Source: Candidatus Falkowbacteria bacterium
Lineage (GTDB): Bacteria; Patescibacteriota; Patescibacteriia; Patescibacteriales; UBA12465
Assembly (NCBI GenBank): GCA_903847415.1
Contig: CAINDR010000021.1
Coordinates: 1 to 52,800, forward strand
Length of the DNA stretch: 52,800 nucleotides
Direction: 5' to 3'
Below are positions 36,273 to 48,869 of the stretch, piece by piece. The position numbers and the translations under genes were made by a program. How positions within the stretch are numbered: the stretch's first letter is position 1; each line of letters opens with the position of its first letter. The notes below the pieces were generated by a model. The model had not been told where the DNA came from. It was given only the letters and a program-made list of their open reading frames with translations, and made no database searches.

Positions 36273-37787
36273 ATGTCAACTAAGGACTTTATTATCGAAC
36301 AACTGAAGACGGAAATTTCCGGATTTAAGGCTGAAATTAGTGAGAAATCAGTCGGAAGAGTTTTGAAGATTTCTGACGGCATCGCTCTTGTTTCTGGTTT
36401 ATCAGAAGCAATGATGTCTGAAATTTTAATTTTTAAAACCGCTCATGGTGATGTTTCCGGTGTGGCTTTGAATTTAGAGGAGAATCTCGTTGGTGCCATT
36501 ATTTTGGGCGAATTCACTCACATTAAAGAAGGTGATGAAGTTTTGGCGACAAAGCGTATTTTGGAAGTGCCAGTTGGTGAAGCTTTGGTTGGTCGTGTGG
36601 TTGATCCTCTTGGTGAACCAGTCGATGGCAAGGGAAAAATTGAAGCTAGTAAGTTCTATCCAGTAGAAAAGATTGCTCCTGGTGTTATTACCCGCGCTTC
36701 CGTTAATCAACCAGTCCAGACGGGTATCAAATCTATTGATGCGATGATTCCGATTGGTCGTGGTCAACGCGAATTGATTATCGGTGATCGTCAGTTGGGA
36801 AAAACCGCAATTGCGATTGATACAATCATCAACCAGAAAGGACAAAACATGAAATGTGTTTACGTTGCCATTGGTCAGAAAGAATCGAAAATTGCTGGCA
36901 TTGTTGCCAAACTTGAAGAAGCGGGCGCAATGGAATACACCACAATCGTTTTAGCTGGTGCTTCCTCTCCAGCTTCATTGCTTTACATTGCTCCATATGC
37001 TGGCTGTGCCATGGCTGAATATTTCTTAGATAAAGGTGAAGATGTTTTAATCGTTTACGATGATTTGTCTAAACATGCTGTTTCTTATCGCGAAATTTCA
37101 CTTTTACTCCGCCGCCCACCAGGTCGCGAAGCTTATCCTGGTGATGTTTTTTACCTCCATTCTCGTTTACTCGAGCGTGCTTGTAAATTAAATTCTGATT
37201 TTGGTGGAGGTTCAATTACTGCTTTACCAATCATTGAAACTCAGGCCGGAGATTTATCTGCCTATATTCCAACTAACGTGATTTCCATTACTGATGGTCA
37301 AATCTTCTTAGAGCCAGAATTATTCTATAAGGGAAATCGTCCAGCAGTTAACGCCGGGTTATCAGTTTCTCGCGTTGGATCTTCTGCTCAGATTAAGGCG
37401 ATGAAAAAAGTGGCCGGAAAAATGCGTCTTGAAGCAGCTCAATATCGGGAACTCGCTGGTTTTGCTCAATTTGGCTCTGATCTCGATGAAGATACCAGAA
37501 AGAAATTGGAACGCGGCAAGAGATTATATGAAATTTTAAAGCAAGATCAATATCAACCATTGGCAGTAGCCAAGCAGGTTTTGATTTACTGGTCTTTATT
37601 GGGCGGTCATTTGGATGATATCGCTGTTGAAGATATTCGCACTTTTGAAGCTGGTTTGTATAAATACGCCGATACCAATGATGAAGTACTCAAATTAATT
37701 ACTGAAAAGAAGGAGTTGTCCGAAGAGATTGAAGAAAAAATGAAGACCCTTTTGAACGATTATAAGCTTGTTTATGGCCAAAACTAA
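36273..37787 (+). CDS. atpA: ATP synthase F1 alpha
   Basis: [38 protein letters not shown]. Confidence 0.99.
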   Translation: MSTKDFIIEQLKTEISGFKAEISEKSVGRVLKISDGIALVSGLSEAMMSEILIFKTAHGDVSGVALNLEENLVGAIILGEFTHIKEGDEVLATKRILEVPVGEALVGRVVDPLGEPVDGKGKIEASKFYPVEKIAPGVITRASVNQPVQTGIKSIDAMIPIGRGQRELIIGDRQLGKTAIAIDTIINQKGQNMKCVYVAIGQKESKIAGIVAKLEEAGAMEYTTIVLAGASSPASLLYIAPYAGCAMAEYFLDKGEDVLIVYDDLSKHAVSYREISLLLRRPPGREAYPGDVFYLHSRLLERACKLNSDFGGGSITALPIIETQAGDLSAYIPTNVISITDGQIFLEPELFYKGNRPAVNAGLSVSRVGSSAQIKAMKKVAGKMRLEAAQYRELAGFAQFGSDLDEDTRKKLERGKRLYEILKQDQYQPLAVAKQVLIYWSLLGGHLDDIAVEDIRTFEAGLYKYADTNDEVLKLITEKKELSEEIEEKMKTLLNDYKLVYGQN

Positions 37788-38724
37788 GGAGATATCCCGC
37801 CGCATTAAATCTGTTGCTAACACTAAAAAGATTACCAGAGCAATGGAAATGGTCGCCGCGGCTAAAATGAGAAAAGCATTAGAAGCGGTTTTGAAAACTC
37901 GCACTTACGCAAATTTAAGTTGGGAGACAGTTTTGCGTTTGGCTAAGTTATCTCAGGCACAAAGTGAACCACTTCATCGTTTATTGACGAAGAGAAAAAA
38001 AATTAACCGCGTTGCAATTATCGTTATTACCTCTAATCGCGGTCTTTGCGGTGGTTTTAACTCCGCCTTGATTGCAAAAATAAAAGAATCCATTGTTCGT
38101 CATCCAGTTAAAACTGATTTTATTTTAGTTGGACGCAAGGGAACTCCTTTGTATGGATTACCAAACACAGAGGTGGCCGCTGAATTTTCCAAAGAAGACA
38201 TTTTAACCAGCATTTCGGAGATAGCTCCAATTGGTAAAATGGCTGCTAGCGATTACTTGAGTCGTAAGTATGATAAAGTTCTGGTTGCTTATACAGATTT
38301 TATTAGTGCTAGTAGTCAAATAGCTCGAGTGAAGCAAATTTTACCAGTTGATTTGAATGTTGATGAATATCTTGGGGTGGCGAGTTCAAACCCAAAGATT
38401 GGTGTTACCAAGGAAATGATCACCGAGAAGAGCAACGAGCATTTAGCAGTTGAACAAGGAAAATATGAATTTGTTTTTGAGCCAAGTCCGAGAGCGGTAT
38501 TAGACAAAATCATTCCTCGTCTTTTAGAAATTCAGTTATATCAAGCATTTTTAGAATCAAATGCTTCTGAGCACAGCGCCCGAATGAGTGCAATGCATCA
38601 GGCAACTGAAGCAGCAAGTGATATGGTTGCAGAGTTAACTTTATTTTATAACAAAGCGCGTCAAGCTGGTATTACCGCCGAGATTGCAGAAATCAGCGCG
38701 GGCGCAAACGCTCTTGCCGAATAA
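37774..38724 (+). CDS. atpG: ATP synthase F1 gamma
   Basis: [36 protein letters not shown]. Confidence 0.98.
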   Translation: MAKTKEISRRIKSVANTKKITRAMEMVAAAKMRKALEAVLKTRTYANLSWETVLRLAKLSQAQSEPLHRLLTKRKKINRVAIIVITSNRGLCGGFNSALIAKIKESIVRHPVKTDFILVGRKGTPLYGLPNTEVAAEFSKEDILTSISEIAPIGKMAASDYLSRKYDKVLVAYTDFISASSQIARVKQILPVDLNVDEYLGVASSNPKIGVTKEMITEKSNEHLAVEQGKYEFVFEPSPRAVLDKIIPRLLEIQLYQAFLESNASEHSARMSAMHQATEAASDMVAELTLFYNKARQAGITAEIAEISAGANALAE

Positions 38725-38747
38725 TTTTTAAGGATAAAAATAATTAA

Positions 38748-40142
<1,395 letters not shown>

Positions 40143-40145
40143 GCT

Positions 40146-40592
40146 ATGTCTGAAAATAAAAGTATTAAATTTGAAATTGTGACACCAGAAAGAGTTCTTT
40201 TGAAAGAACAAATTTTGTCTGTCAGCGTCCCAACAACCAGTGGCGAGGTAACAATTTTACCAGACCACATCCCTTTGATATCTATTTTAAAGCCAGGTGT
40301 ATTGGAAATTCATTTAGTAAACGGGGAAATTTCTCTGATGTCTGTTTCTGGTGGTTTTTTGGAAGTCTTAAAAAACAAGATTGTGATTCTTGCTGATACT
40401 GCTGAAAAAGCGGAAGAATTAGATGAAGAAAGAATCAAAAATGCTCGCTTGAAAGCTGAAGAAATGCGAACGAGTGAGAAGTTTAAGGATGATGTTGAGT
40501 TTGCCGATTTGGCAGTTCGCCTAGAAAAAGAATTAGCCCGTGAACATACTTTGAATAAGTGGCGTAAATTGAAAGGATTTAAAAAAGAATAA
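40146..40592 (+). CDS. atpC: ATP synthase F1 epsilon
   Basis: FEIVTPER, GEVTILPDHIP, VSGGFLEV. Confidence 0.96.
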   Translation: MSENKSIKFEIVTPERVLLKEQILSVSVPTTSGEVTILPDHIPLISILKPGVLEIHLVNGEISLMSVSGGFLEVLKNKIVILADTAEKAEELDEERIKNARLKAEEMRTSEKFKDDVEFADLAVRLEKELAREHTLNKWRKLKGFKKE

Positions 40593-40678
40593 ATTTTTTC
40601 AAAATTAATTATTGACAGTTATGTTTTTTTAGTGTTAACTAAAGACTTCAGCTGTTTAACAATTTAAAAATTATCAAT

Positions 40679-42262
40679 ATGAAAGATTTTTTACCAGAAA
40701 TCAGTTTATTGCCTAGCTTAGAGGCTTATACGACTAAAAGTTACGAAACTTTTAGCTTAAAAGACGAAAGATTCTTCAAAATGACCATGCTAAAAATGGC
40801 TCATTTTATCTCAACTAGAAATGATCGAATTGACGATTTAAAGTCTACCGAGATTTTAGAGGCCTTAGAGATAAAAAAGAATTTTTTTCCATACGAAACT
40901 CCATATTTGGTTCTTTGTGTGGATGGAAGGTTGATGCAGAAGGTTTTTGCTTGTCTTCATGGCAAGGCTTTTTCAGCTCCTGCCGGTGATGTTAAATCTG
41001 ATTTTTTGCCGGTTAGAGGAAGTGAAAAACTTTTTCTTAAAAAGGGTCGATTCTCAGAGATGCTTCAAGAGGCTCATCAAAAACAAAATGGTCTTTTTCA
41101 TCTAGTTTTTGATAGTCATCTTCACTGTGCAGCCGGGAAAATTGCTGCCGAAGATTGTCATTGTGGTCCAGTTTCCGATGAGGGATTATTTGATGATGTG
41201 GTGAAAAAAATTGCTAAAAAACAAGCAGTTTTGGAATTTTGTCAAAAAGAATTTCCCAATGATGAAGTTTTTGTTTCTCAAACCTCTTTTAATCCTAGCG
41301 ATGGCTTTTTGTTTGTTGGTTTAGAAAAAACAGAATGTCTAGAATTAGCCAAAGGATCTTACACAAATGAGCTTCTGATGGAGTTGGTGGATAAAAATTT
41401 GATTATTTCGACCGCCAAAGAATCTGAGAAATTTCAGAAATTATTGCAAAATCATTTTTTTGATTGTGATTATCGCAATGATTATCGAAAATCAACAATT
41501 AATTTCTGGAAGAATTTTACCGAAATGTCTGAAATTTTACTTCCTCATTTTGAAGAAAAAATTAGAAGCGTTCTTGGTTTTAATAACGAAAAAAGAATCA
41601 AACAGTTGGCTGCTCTTTTAGCTGCTAACACCTTCAATGGTTATTTGCATAATCATCAAGCCGATGGATCTTTAAAGGAATATCCTTATAAAGACCACAA
41701 AGAAAGCGTTATTTCAGTTACTCTTTCGGAAAAGGGTCCATTTTCTGGGGCAGAATCTTTCTTCGTTTATCCAGGAAACAAAATGGTTTCCAGTGGTATT
41801 AAATTAGGTCGCACCTTGGTGATTAAGAATCGAAGTAACGGCAACATGTCACCACTAGAAATAGAAGCTGTTGATCATATTTTTGGGAATCAATTCGCTG
41901 ATTATGCAAAGGCACCAGTTCCAGTAGTTTTTTTTCAAAGAACTAGGAAAGAAATTTCTTTAGAAGAGAAGGAAAAATTACAGGGAATTAACTGGACTGA
42001 TTTAGTGGATAGTCAATGGTTTGATTGGAGTGATCAAGATTTCTCTTCTTATTTAGAAGAAAAACTTCCTGACGTGTCGATGAATATCTTCAATGCCATG
42101 AATGAACTTCGAAAAATGGCTATTGAGCTTTATGAACCAGGTCAACCATCTTCAGATGATTTTCTAGCTGGTCGAATTATTCCTTTTTGGTTTCTTTCCG
42201 GACCAGATCGCGAAATAATCGCTCCAATACCATTTATAATGAATGGTTATCGAAAAGAATAG
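40679..42262 (+). CDS. hypothetical protein with beta-carbonic-anhydrase-type metal motifs
   Basis: LCVDGRL (CxDxR) and DSHLHCAA (HxxC) about 60 aa apart. Confidence 0.6.
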   Translation: MKDFLPEISLLPSLEAYTTKSYETFSLKDERFFKMTMLKMAHFISTRNDRIDDLKSTEILEALEIKKNFFPYETPYLVLCVDGRLMQKVFACLHGKAFSAPAGDVKSDFLPVRGSEKLFLKKGRFSEMLQEAHQKQNGLFHLVFDSHLHCAAGKIAAEDCHCGPVSDEGLFDDVVKKIAKKQAVLEFCQKEFPNDEVFVSQTSFNPSDGFLFVGLEKTECLELAKGSYTNELLMELVDKNLIISTAKESEKFQKLLQNHFFDCDYRNDYRKSTINFWKNFTEMSEILLPHFEEKIRSVLGFNNEKRIKQLAALLAANTFNGYLHNHQADGSLKEYPYKDHKESVISVTLSEKGPFSGAESFFVYPGNKMVSSGIKLGRTLVIKNRSNGNMSPLEIEAVDHIFGNQFADYAKAPVPVVFFQRTRKEISLEEKEKLQGINWTDLVDSQWFDWSDQDFSSYLEEKLPDVSMNIFNAMNELRKMAIELYEPGQPSSDDFLAGRIIPFWFLSGPDREIIAPIPFIMNGYRKE

Positions 42263-42270
42263 TATTTCAA

Positions 42271-42302
42271 AAGCCCTTGAATTTTCAGGGGCTTGTTTTT
42301 TT
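42271..42302. terminator. bidirectional terminator
   Basis: AAGCCCTTGA-ATTT-TCAGGGGCTT-GTTTTTTT. Confidence 0.7.
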
Positions 42303-42320
42303 ATCCAAGACTATAGCCTT

Positions 42321-43112
42321 TTAAAATAGTAGACTAATTAATATTAAGAATCCAATCACAATCCGATACCAGCCAAAAGCCTGAAAGTCGTTCTTTTGAA
42401 TATATTTGATTAAGAATTTAATGCCGATAATTGCTGTGATAAATGAGGTTATAAAACCAACCATCCAGAGAGTCAACTGTTCTCCTGATAAGGCGCTAGG
42501 ATTTTTATAAATATCCAAAACTGTTGCCGCAAGCATCGTTGGAATTGCCAGTAAAAAAGAAAACTCAACAATCGTTTTTCGGTTAATTCCCAGACCCAAA
42601 CCGCCAATAATTGTTGCTGCAGATCTTGAGACACCAGGAATCATTGCTAAGGATTGAGCGACACCAAGAATAACCGCTTGGCGATAACTTATTTTTTCCA
42701 GTTCCATTGTTTCGGTTTTTGCATCAATTATTTTACTCTTTTTTGCGTGCCATTTTTCAAAGAAAATCAGTAATATTCCGCCGATTAGTAAGGATAAGGC
42801 AATTACCAATAAGCTTTCTAGTAAAAAGTTTTTAATAATTTTGTACATCACAAGACCGATAATAGCCGTTGGAATAAAGGCAGCTGCCAGTTTCCAAATA
42901 ATGGAAAAATTTTGCCAAAGACGTTTCCAATATAGAACAACAACTGCCAAAATTGCTCCAAGCTGAATTGAGATTTCAAAAGTCTTGAGAAACTCTGATG
43001 AAGGAATGCCCAGTATTTTTCCGGTAATAATTAGATGGGCGGTTGAAGAAATTGGTAGAAATTCTGTGATACCTTCAACGATTCCGAGAATAATGGATTG
43101 AATAATAGTCAT
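42321..43112 (-). CDS. uppP: undecaprenyl-diphosphate phosphatase
   Basis: GIVEGITEFLPISSTAH, PGVSRSAAT, FSFLLAIP. Confidence 0.96.
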   Translation of the reverse strand: MTIIQSIILGIVEGITEFLPISSTAHLIITGKILGIPSSEFLKTFEISIQLGAILAVVVLYWKRLWQNFSIIWKLAAAFIPTAIIGLVMYKIIKNFLLESLLVIALSLLIGGILLIFFEKWHAKKSKIIDAKTETMELEKISYRQAVILGVAQSLAMIPGVSRSAATIIGGLGLGINRKTIVEFSFLLAIPTMLAATVLDIYKNPSALSGEQLTLWMVGFITSFITAIIGIKFLIKYIQKNDFQAFGWYRIVIGFLILISLLF

Positions 43113-43221
43113 AAATTGAGATTATATTTTTTATTTTAGCGCACTCTTGTCAGCCTGGCTACTACTTGACAAAAATAAGAATAATTATAATATATATAAA
43201 CATTCCTTTAAAAATAAAATC

Positions 43222-43707
43222 ATGGTTCTAAAAAATGAATTAATAAGTAGGAGTTCCTATCTAGAGTTAGTGGGAGATATTTTTTTTAATCCACTTGCTT
43301 CTAATGACTTTTTGTTTTTACCAATTATTTCTGACCGAGAACATCTTCCAGAAAATATGAAGAATTTGGCGCGAATTTATCGAGTGATTCAAGAGGGCAG
43401 TTATCGAGAGTTAGCTCTTTCTTTGCAGGTCGGCTTTAATCAATTGTTTTTTAGCGAAGACAATCTCTTGTCCTCTTGTGTTGTAGATGCAAAAATCTTG
43501 CCGATTTATAAGACTGGCAATCGGATTTTTTTTCTTTTTAAAAGAAAAACTGGTAAGGCTTATTCGGTGGTCATCGCTAAAAAGATTTATTTTCGCAGTC
43601 TAGCAAAAGTGAACAAACTACCTTTTGGTGTTTGTTTGGATGTAAAAAATTTAGAAAATCAAGAAATTATTGCTTGTCAGGGAAATTTTTTAGCATTTCC
43701 TTGTTGA
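43222..43707 (+). CDS. hypothetical protein
   Basis: ORF from ATG 43222 followed by terminator; no recognisable motif. Confidence 0.55.
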   Translation: MVLKNELISRSSYLELVGDIFFNPLASNDFLFLPIISDREHLPENMKNLARIYRVIQEGSYRELALSLQVGFNQLFFSEDNLLSSCVVDAKILPIYKTGNRIFFLFKRKTGKAYSVVIAKKIYFRSLAKVNKLPFGVCLDVKNLENQEIIACQGNFLAFPC

Positions 43708-43709
43708 CC

Positions 43710-43740
43710 AAAACAGCTTTAAATTAAAGCTGTTTTTTTT
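43710..43740 (+). terminator. intrinsic terminator
   Basis: AAAACAGCTTTA-AAT-TAAAGCTGTTTTTTTT. Confidence 0.75.
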
Positions 43741-43801
43741 GTTAACTATTTTCGCCAAAAACTTCTTTTTTTGTTATAATATTTATACTATTAGAAATTA
43801 T

Positions 43802-44305
43802 ATGAAAAAAATAAATAATTCAAAAAAATCTTCTAAAAAACCAGTTATTGTTGCAGTTTCTGGCTACTTTAATCCACTTCATGTTGGTCATCTGGATATG
43901 ATCGAGAAGGCCAAAAAACTTGGCGATAAATTAGTGGTAATTGTGAATAATGACAAACAAGTTGCTCTCAAGGGAAGGGTGCCTTTTATGTCCGAAAAAG
44001 ATCGTGTGAGAATTATTAAATCTTTGCGTGATGTTGATCAAGTTATTTTGGCAATTGATGATTATCAACTGCCGAGCGGGGAAGTGCCAGTGATTAAGTC
44101 ATTAGCAAAATTAAAACCAAATATTTTTGCCAATGGCGGTGATCGACACAGTGTTGTGAATGTTCCCGAATTTGAAGTTTGTCAAAAATATCAAATTAAA
44201 ATGGTTGATGGTCTTGGAAAAAAAATTAGAGCTAGTTCAGTGATGATTAAGGAGGCAGCAGAAAAAAAGATTGCTCTCGATAAAAAACTGGCTAAAAACA
44301 AATAA
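43802..44305 (+). CDS. cytidylyltransferase/adenylyltransferase (TagD/RibL-like)
   Basis: SGYFNPLHVGH, FANGGDR, RASS; ATG 43802. Confidence 0.88.
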   Translation: MKKINNSKKSSKKPVIVAVSGYFNPLHVGHLDMIEKAKKLGDKLVVIVNNDKQVALKGRVPFMSEKDRVRIIKSLRDVDQVILAIDDYQLPSGEVPVIKSLAKLKPNIFANGGDRHSVVNVPEFEVCQKYQIKMVDGLGKKIRASSVMIKEAAEKKIALDKKLAKNK

Positions 44306-45232
44306 ATGAATAAAATAAAAATAATTAAAATATTGGTATTTTTTGTGGTCGCAATTTTTTTGTTGATTTTTTCAGAAAGAATTTGGCAAAACCTTGAAAC
44401 CAAAGTGCCAACTGGCCTAGAATCTCGTTTAAATAATTTTTTTGGCAGAAAAACTATTTTAGAGCGTCAAGCTAAAAAAGAAGAAATTTCAGTTGCTGTT
44501 CTGGAGGGAAAAAATATTTCAGAAATTACTAGTCTTTTGGTCGCAAAAAAATTAGTCAATTCTGAGGATTTCTATCTTTTTGCCGGAAAAGCAAAAACCG
44601 ATTATCGTTTAATGAGCGATCTCCTTTGGCCAAAAGATTATTCCTTAACCTTCACGTTTCTAAAAGACAAACCAAAATACTATAGTTTAGAAGGATATCT
44701 TTTTCCGGATACTTATCGGTTTTTTTCCGATGCGCGTGCTGATGAAATTATTGTAAAAATGTTAGAAAATTTTGACAAAAAATTAACACCAAAAATGCGT
44801 GAAGATATTGCTGCGCAAGGGAGATCAATTTTTGAAATTGTGACCATGGCATCTTTAATTGAAAAGGAAGCGCCAATCAATTATGCAAGTGGCGAAAATC
44901 ATGACGCGAAAATCATTTCTGGTATTTTTTGGAATCGTTTAAAGAATGGACAAGCTCTGCAATCTTGCGCGACACTTGCTTATGTTCTTGGTGAAAACAA
45001 GCCTCAATACAGCGAAGCAGATACTAAAGTTAATTCGCCATTTAATACTTATTTGAACAAAGGATTACCACCAGCGCCAATTGCGAATCCGGGAATTTTG
45101 GCAATTGAAGCTGCTATTTATCCAATTGATAATGAGTATAATTATTTCCTCACTCCAGCCGGAACCAAGAAAATTATTTTTTCTCGAACTTATGAGGAGC
45201 ATTTAATTAATAAAAATAAGTATCTTGATTAA
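44306..45232 (+). CDS. mltG: endolytic transglycosylase MltG
   Basis: EGYLFPDTY, ASLIEKE, SPFNTY..GLPPAPIANPG. Confidence 0.95.
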   Translation: MNKIKIIKILVFFVVAIFLLIFSERIWQNLETKVPTGLESRLNNFFGRKTILERQAKKEEISVAVLEGKNISEITSLLVAKKLVNSEDFYLFAGKAKTDYRLMSDLLWPKDYSLTFTFLKDKPKYYSLEGYLFPDTYRFFSDARADEIIVKMLENFDKKLTPKMREDIAAQGRSIFEIVTMASLIEKEAPINYASGENHDAKIISGIFWNRLKNGQALQSCATLAYVLGENKPQYSEADTKVNSPFNTYLNKGLPPAPIANPGILAIEAAIYPIDNEYNYFLTPAGTKKIIFSRTYEEHLINKNKYLD

Positions 45233-45236
45233 TCAT

Positions 45237-47492
45237 ATGTTTGAAGAACATCCATCATCAGAAGCGCTATCATCTTTAGTGGTTCAAGGCCCAGAGCCAG
45301 ACGATAAGCCGCAGACCATGAAAAAATTGTTCAGGTTTTTATTGATTGACGCAGTAATTTTAGTTGTTCTGGGTGCCGGAGTTTATGGTTATGGACAATA
45401 CAAAAAAAGACCAAAGGCTGTCGTCAAAGAAGCTCCAGCGGTAGTCCAGGAATATACGGGGCCAACAGAAGTGACTAATCAACTTGGAGAAAGCGCCAGC
45501 TCAACTGAGATTAAGGCCGGAGATTTTTTGATTGAGCAGGTTTCTTTTAAAAATTTTTATCAAGCCCCTGTCAGTAATTTTCAGGCAAATATTGATGATT
45601 ATCTTTTGCCAATTAATGTTAAAACAGAGGTGGTCAACTACTTTGATGTTTCTCGTAAATTAGATTTAAACCCGTTGCTTCCTAATTTGAATCAGGATGG
45701 TTTTGTAATCTTTGATAATCCTGATCCAAAAAATAATAAAGATTTTTATTCTTCTTATCTCTGGCTTCAAGGGAAGGGATTGCCTATCCTTGTTACTTCC
45801 GACCTTATTGCTCATCATTATCAAAATAACGTCAAACTTAGCTTTAAAGAACTAGAGGAGGATCTTTTTTATACTAGTCTGAATGAGATTAGTCAGGATT
45901 TGTATAATACCGCTCAAGCCCGTTATGAGGGACGCCTTGCTCAGGTTGGAAAAACAAATGATCGTTTACTTGAAGGGGAGCGCTTGGAATTAGCTTTTTT
46001 TGCGGTTGCACTTCAATTACTTCAGGTCCCAAACAAAGATGGTGTTTTAGAGATAGTAATTTCTGACTACTTGAAGGATGATGTTGTTCGAGAACTGGAA
46101 TTAATTAGAGGGGCAAAAGTAGTTGCTAAATCGCCAGTTCTTTTATATACTCGCGATTATCGAGATTTTAATATTCCCGGAGAATATCGAGGGAATGTTC
46201 GTTTGAATAATTTTTATTTAACTGCTAAATGGCTAAATTCTGTTTTCCCTTTATATTATCAAGGAAAAGATTGCCCAGAGTGTCAACTGGATGAGGTTGA
46301 TTGGCATGTTAACTTAACCGCCGCTTCTTTAATCGCTCATGATTTTTATCAGAGCTATAAGATTAAAAATCAGTGGGCAAGAGTTTATAAGACCCTCACT
46401 TTTTTCAAGGGCTTGAGAGAGGACTTAACTTATCTTGATTATCAAAAAGTTTTAGAATCATCTTTTGGACCGGATTATAATTTAGAGTTTGAGTTAGCGG
46501 GGGAGAATCCACAATCTGATCAAAATTTTAATAAATTACGGAGTAATCTACTCGCTTTAAGTTTTCCAGAGTGGTCAGGTGGTTTTAGTCGGACTAATGA
46601 AAAAATGAGACCACAAATTGGTTTTAGAATTTTAGCTGATTTTTACTCTGCTAATGATTTTTTGGCTTCGGAGTTAACTGCTCCAAAAGTCGGAGCCTAT
46701 GAAGGGTCTGGAGATGTTGATTCTTTGTGTTCCGGTTCTATTCGTTGTCGTTTATTACCATTAGATTTAGTAAATTTAATTTTTTCTTTCCCCGATCCTA
46801 GTTGGATTGCCAATACTAGTTACAAGGGATTTAAAGAACAGTTTTTACTAATTAAGGAGACCTTAAATAAGTTTCCTTCCTGGCAAACTAATCATTATTA
46901 CACCAATTTGAACACTTTGAAAAACTTTTTAGAAGCTTCTCGTGATAATTTACCAATTTTTGGCCGCAATGATTCTTGGCGCAAACGGGAAATTGATTTA
47001 GCAAAAGCCCTGTGGTTAAATTTGCAATCTTCAGTAGATTCCGTTAAAGTATTGGAGATTAGCAATGCTTTGGGGCAAAAAAAAGACTTACAAGGACTTG
47101 ATTATTATTATCTTGAACCAAACCTAGCCTTGATTGATAGCATGATTGCGGACAACAAAATGCTTCTCGGGATGTATGATGTTTTAGAGGTAGATATTGA
47201 GGCACCGAGGGCCTACCAAAGACTTGAGGCATTGGGAAAAGATTTAGAATTCTTTCGCGCAATCATGATTAAGGAATTATCTGGACAAAAATTGGAAGTA
47301 ACTGATTCGGTGGATTTGGGAAATTTTGTGAACAAATATCAATTAACAGCAAATAATGGAAAATTTAGAGTAGGGTCGGCTAGTTTAAATTATAATTTTA
47401 ATCCACCAAAGTTTTTGTTATTAGTTTTTAAAACTGGTGATAAAAAAGCTTTGACTATTGGTCCGATTTTTTCTTATTCAGAAAGTCGTTAA
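45237..47492 (+). CDS. membrane-anchored DUF3160-like protein
   Basis: Single N-terminal TM; LPILVTSD..H, YYLEPN and terminal GPIFSYSE recall DUF3160 proteins. Confidence 0.6.
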   Translation: MFEEHPSSEALSSLVVQGPEPDDKPQTMKKLFRFLLIDAVILVVLGAGVYGYGQYKKRPKAVVKEAPAVVQEYTGPTEVTNQLGESASSTEIKAGDFLIEQVSFKNFYQAPVSNFQANIDDYLLPINVKTEVVNYFDVSRKLDLNPLLPNLNQDGFVIFDNPDPKNNKDFYSSYLWLQGKGLPILVTSDLIAHHYQNNVKLSFKELEEDLFYTSLNEISQDLYNTAQARYEGRLAQVGKTNDRLLEGERLELAFFAVALQLLQVPNKDGVLEIVISDYLKDDVVRELELIRGAKVVAKSPVLLYTRDYRDFNIPGEYRGNVRLNNFYLTAKWLNSVFPLYYQGKDCPECQLDEVDWHVNLTAASLIAHDFYQSYKIKNQWARVYKTLTFFKGLREDLTYLDYQKVLESSFGPDYNLEFELAGENPQSDQNFNKLRSNLLALSFPEWSGGFSRTNEKMRPQIGFRILADFYSANDFLASELTAPKVGAYEGSGDVDSLCSGSIRCRLLPLDLVNLIFSFPDPSWIANTSYKGFKEQFLLIKETLNKFPSWQTNHYYTNLNTLKNFLEASRDNLPIFGRNDSWRKREIDLAKALWLNLQSSVDSVKVLEISNALGQKKDLQGLDYYYLEPNLALIDSMIADNKMLLGMYDVLEVDIEAPRAYQRLEALGKDLEFFRAIMIKELSGQKLEVTDSVDLGNFVNKYQLTANNGKFRVGSASLNYNFNPPKFLLLVFKTGDKKALTIGPIFSYSESR

Positions 47493-47495
47493 ACA

Positions 47496-48815
47496 ATGAA
47501 GAAAAACACTTACTACATTATCACAATTGGCTGTCAGATGAACAAGGCTGACAGTGAGCGCGTTGCTTCCTTCCTGGAAGAACGCGCTTTTCAGCTAGCA
47601 GCAAATTCAAAAGAAGCAGATTTAACAATCATCACCACCTGCGGTATTCGCCAGTCAGCAGAAGATCGAGCTTATGGTCTGGTTAACCAAATTAAAAAAG
47701 CAAATCCCACGGGGAGTTTGGTTATCACCGGGTGTTTGGCTAAAAGAAAAGATGTTATTCGTCGTTTAAAAAATCAAGTCGATCTTTTTTTGCCAATTAA
47801 TGAGCTACCAAATCTTTTTGAGTTGTTAAAGAAAAATAATTTTCAGGAAAAATTAAATGCAGATGAGTTGAGAGTGATTAATGGTGAAAAATATCTTTCA
47901 ATTATCCCTAAATACCATAGCCCCTACACAGCCTTTGTGCCAATTGGTAATGGATGTAACAATTTTTGTTCCTATTGCGTTGTCCCTTATGCTCGTGGTC
48001 GAGAAGTGTATCGACCAATTGAAGAGATTCTTTCCGAGGTTAAAGGCCTGCTGGCTCAAGGCTGTAAAGAAATTATTTTAATTGCTCAAAATGTAAATAG
48101 TTACCATAGTAGTGAAAAAAATTTTGCTGACTTACTTCGTTTAATCCTTCTTATTCCCGGAGAATTTTGGTTAAGATTTTCTTCGAGCCACCCCAAAGAT
48201 TTGGATGATGATTTAATTAATTTAATGTCTGAACCAAAAATTTGCCCACACCTTCACTTAGCCCTTCAAAGTGGCGATGATGAAATTTTAACGAAAATGA
48301 ATCGCAAGTATAGTGCCGATCATTTTCGTGAACTGATTAGAAAAGTGCGCGGAGTTCGTGCTGATTTAGCAGTAACGACAGATGTAATTGTTGGTTTTCC
48401 TGGTGAGACGAAAGAGCAGTTTGAAAATTCAGTGAAAATTTTTCAGGAGTTACAATTTGATTTTGCCTATATTTCTCGATATAGTCCTCGACCAGGAACA
48501 GTTTCCTCGCTTCTTGTAGATGATGTAAAAAGGGAAGAAAAAAAACGGCGCGAGGAAGTTTTAAGTAAAATTATTGAAGAAAGTAGTTTGAAAAAAAATC
48601 AACAATATTTAGGGAAAGAGATGGTTGTCCTGATTGATGGCGTTAATAAAAAAGGAAGATGTTATGGCAAGACAGCTAGTTTTAAGAATTTATGGCTTTT
48701 TGTGCAAGACCAAGAATTAGCAAAATCACTGTGCGGAAAATTTATCAAGGTCAAGATTGTTTCTGCTACTAGCTCTGGTTTAGAGGGGGAGTTAGTAATT
48801 GAGAATAATTTTTAA
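47496..48815 (+). CDS. miaB: tRNA methylthiotransferase MiaB
   Basis: GCQMN..DSE, radical SAM GCNNFCSYC, IVGFPGET, TRAM-like C-terminus; adjacent to miaA. Confidence 0.92.
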   Translation: MKKNTYYIITIGCQMNKADSERVASFLEERAFQLAANSKEADLTIITTCGIRQSAEDRAYGLVNQIKKANPTGSLVITGCLAKRKDVIRRLKNQVDLFLPINELPNLFELLKKNNFQEKLNADELRVINGEKYLSIIPKYHSPYTAFVPIGNGCNNFCSYCVVPYARGREVYRPIEEILSEVKGLLAQGCKEIILIAQNVNSYHSSEKNFADLLRLILLIPGEFWLRFSSSHPKDLDDDLINLMSEPKICPHLHLALQSGDDEILTKMNRKYSADHFRELIRKVRGVRADLAVTTDVIVGFPGETKEQFENSVKIFQELQFDFAYISRYSPRPGTVSSLLVDDVKREEKKRREEVLSKIIEESSLKKNQQYLGKEMVVLIDGVNKKGRCYGKTASFKNLWLFVQDQELAKSLCGKFIKVKIVSATSSGLEGELVIENNF

Positions 48816-48869
48816 ATAGTTTTTTTTGGCATCACCTTTTGTTTAATCACTTTAAAGATAATATTTTTT

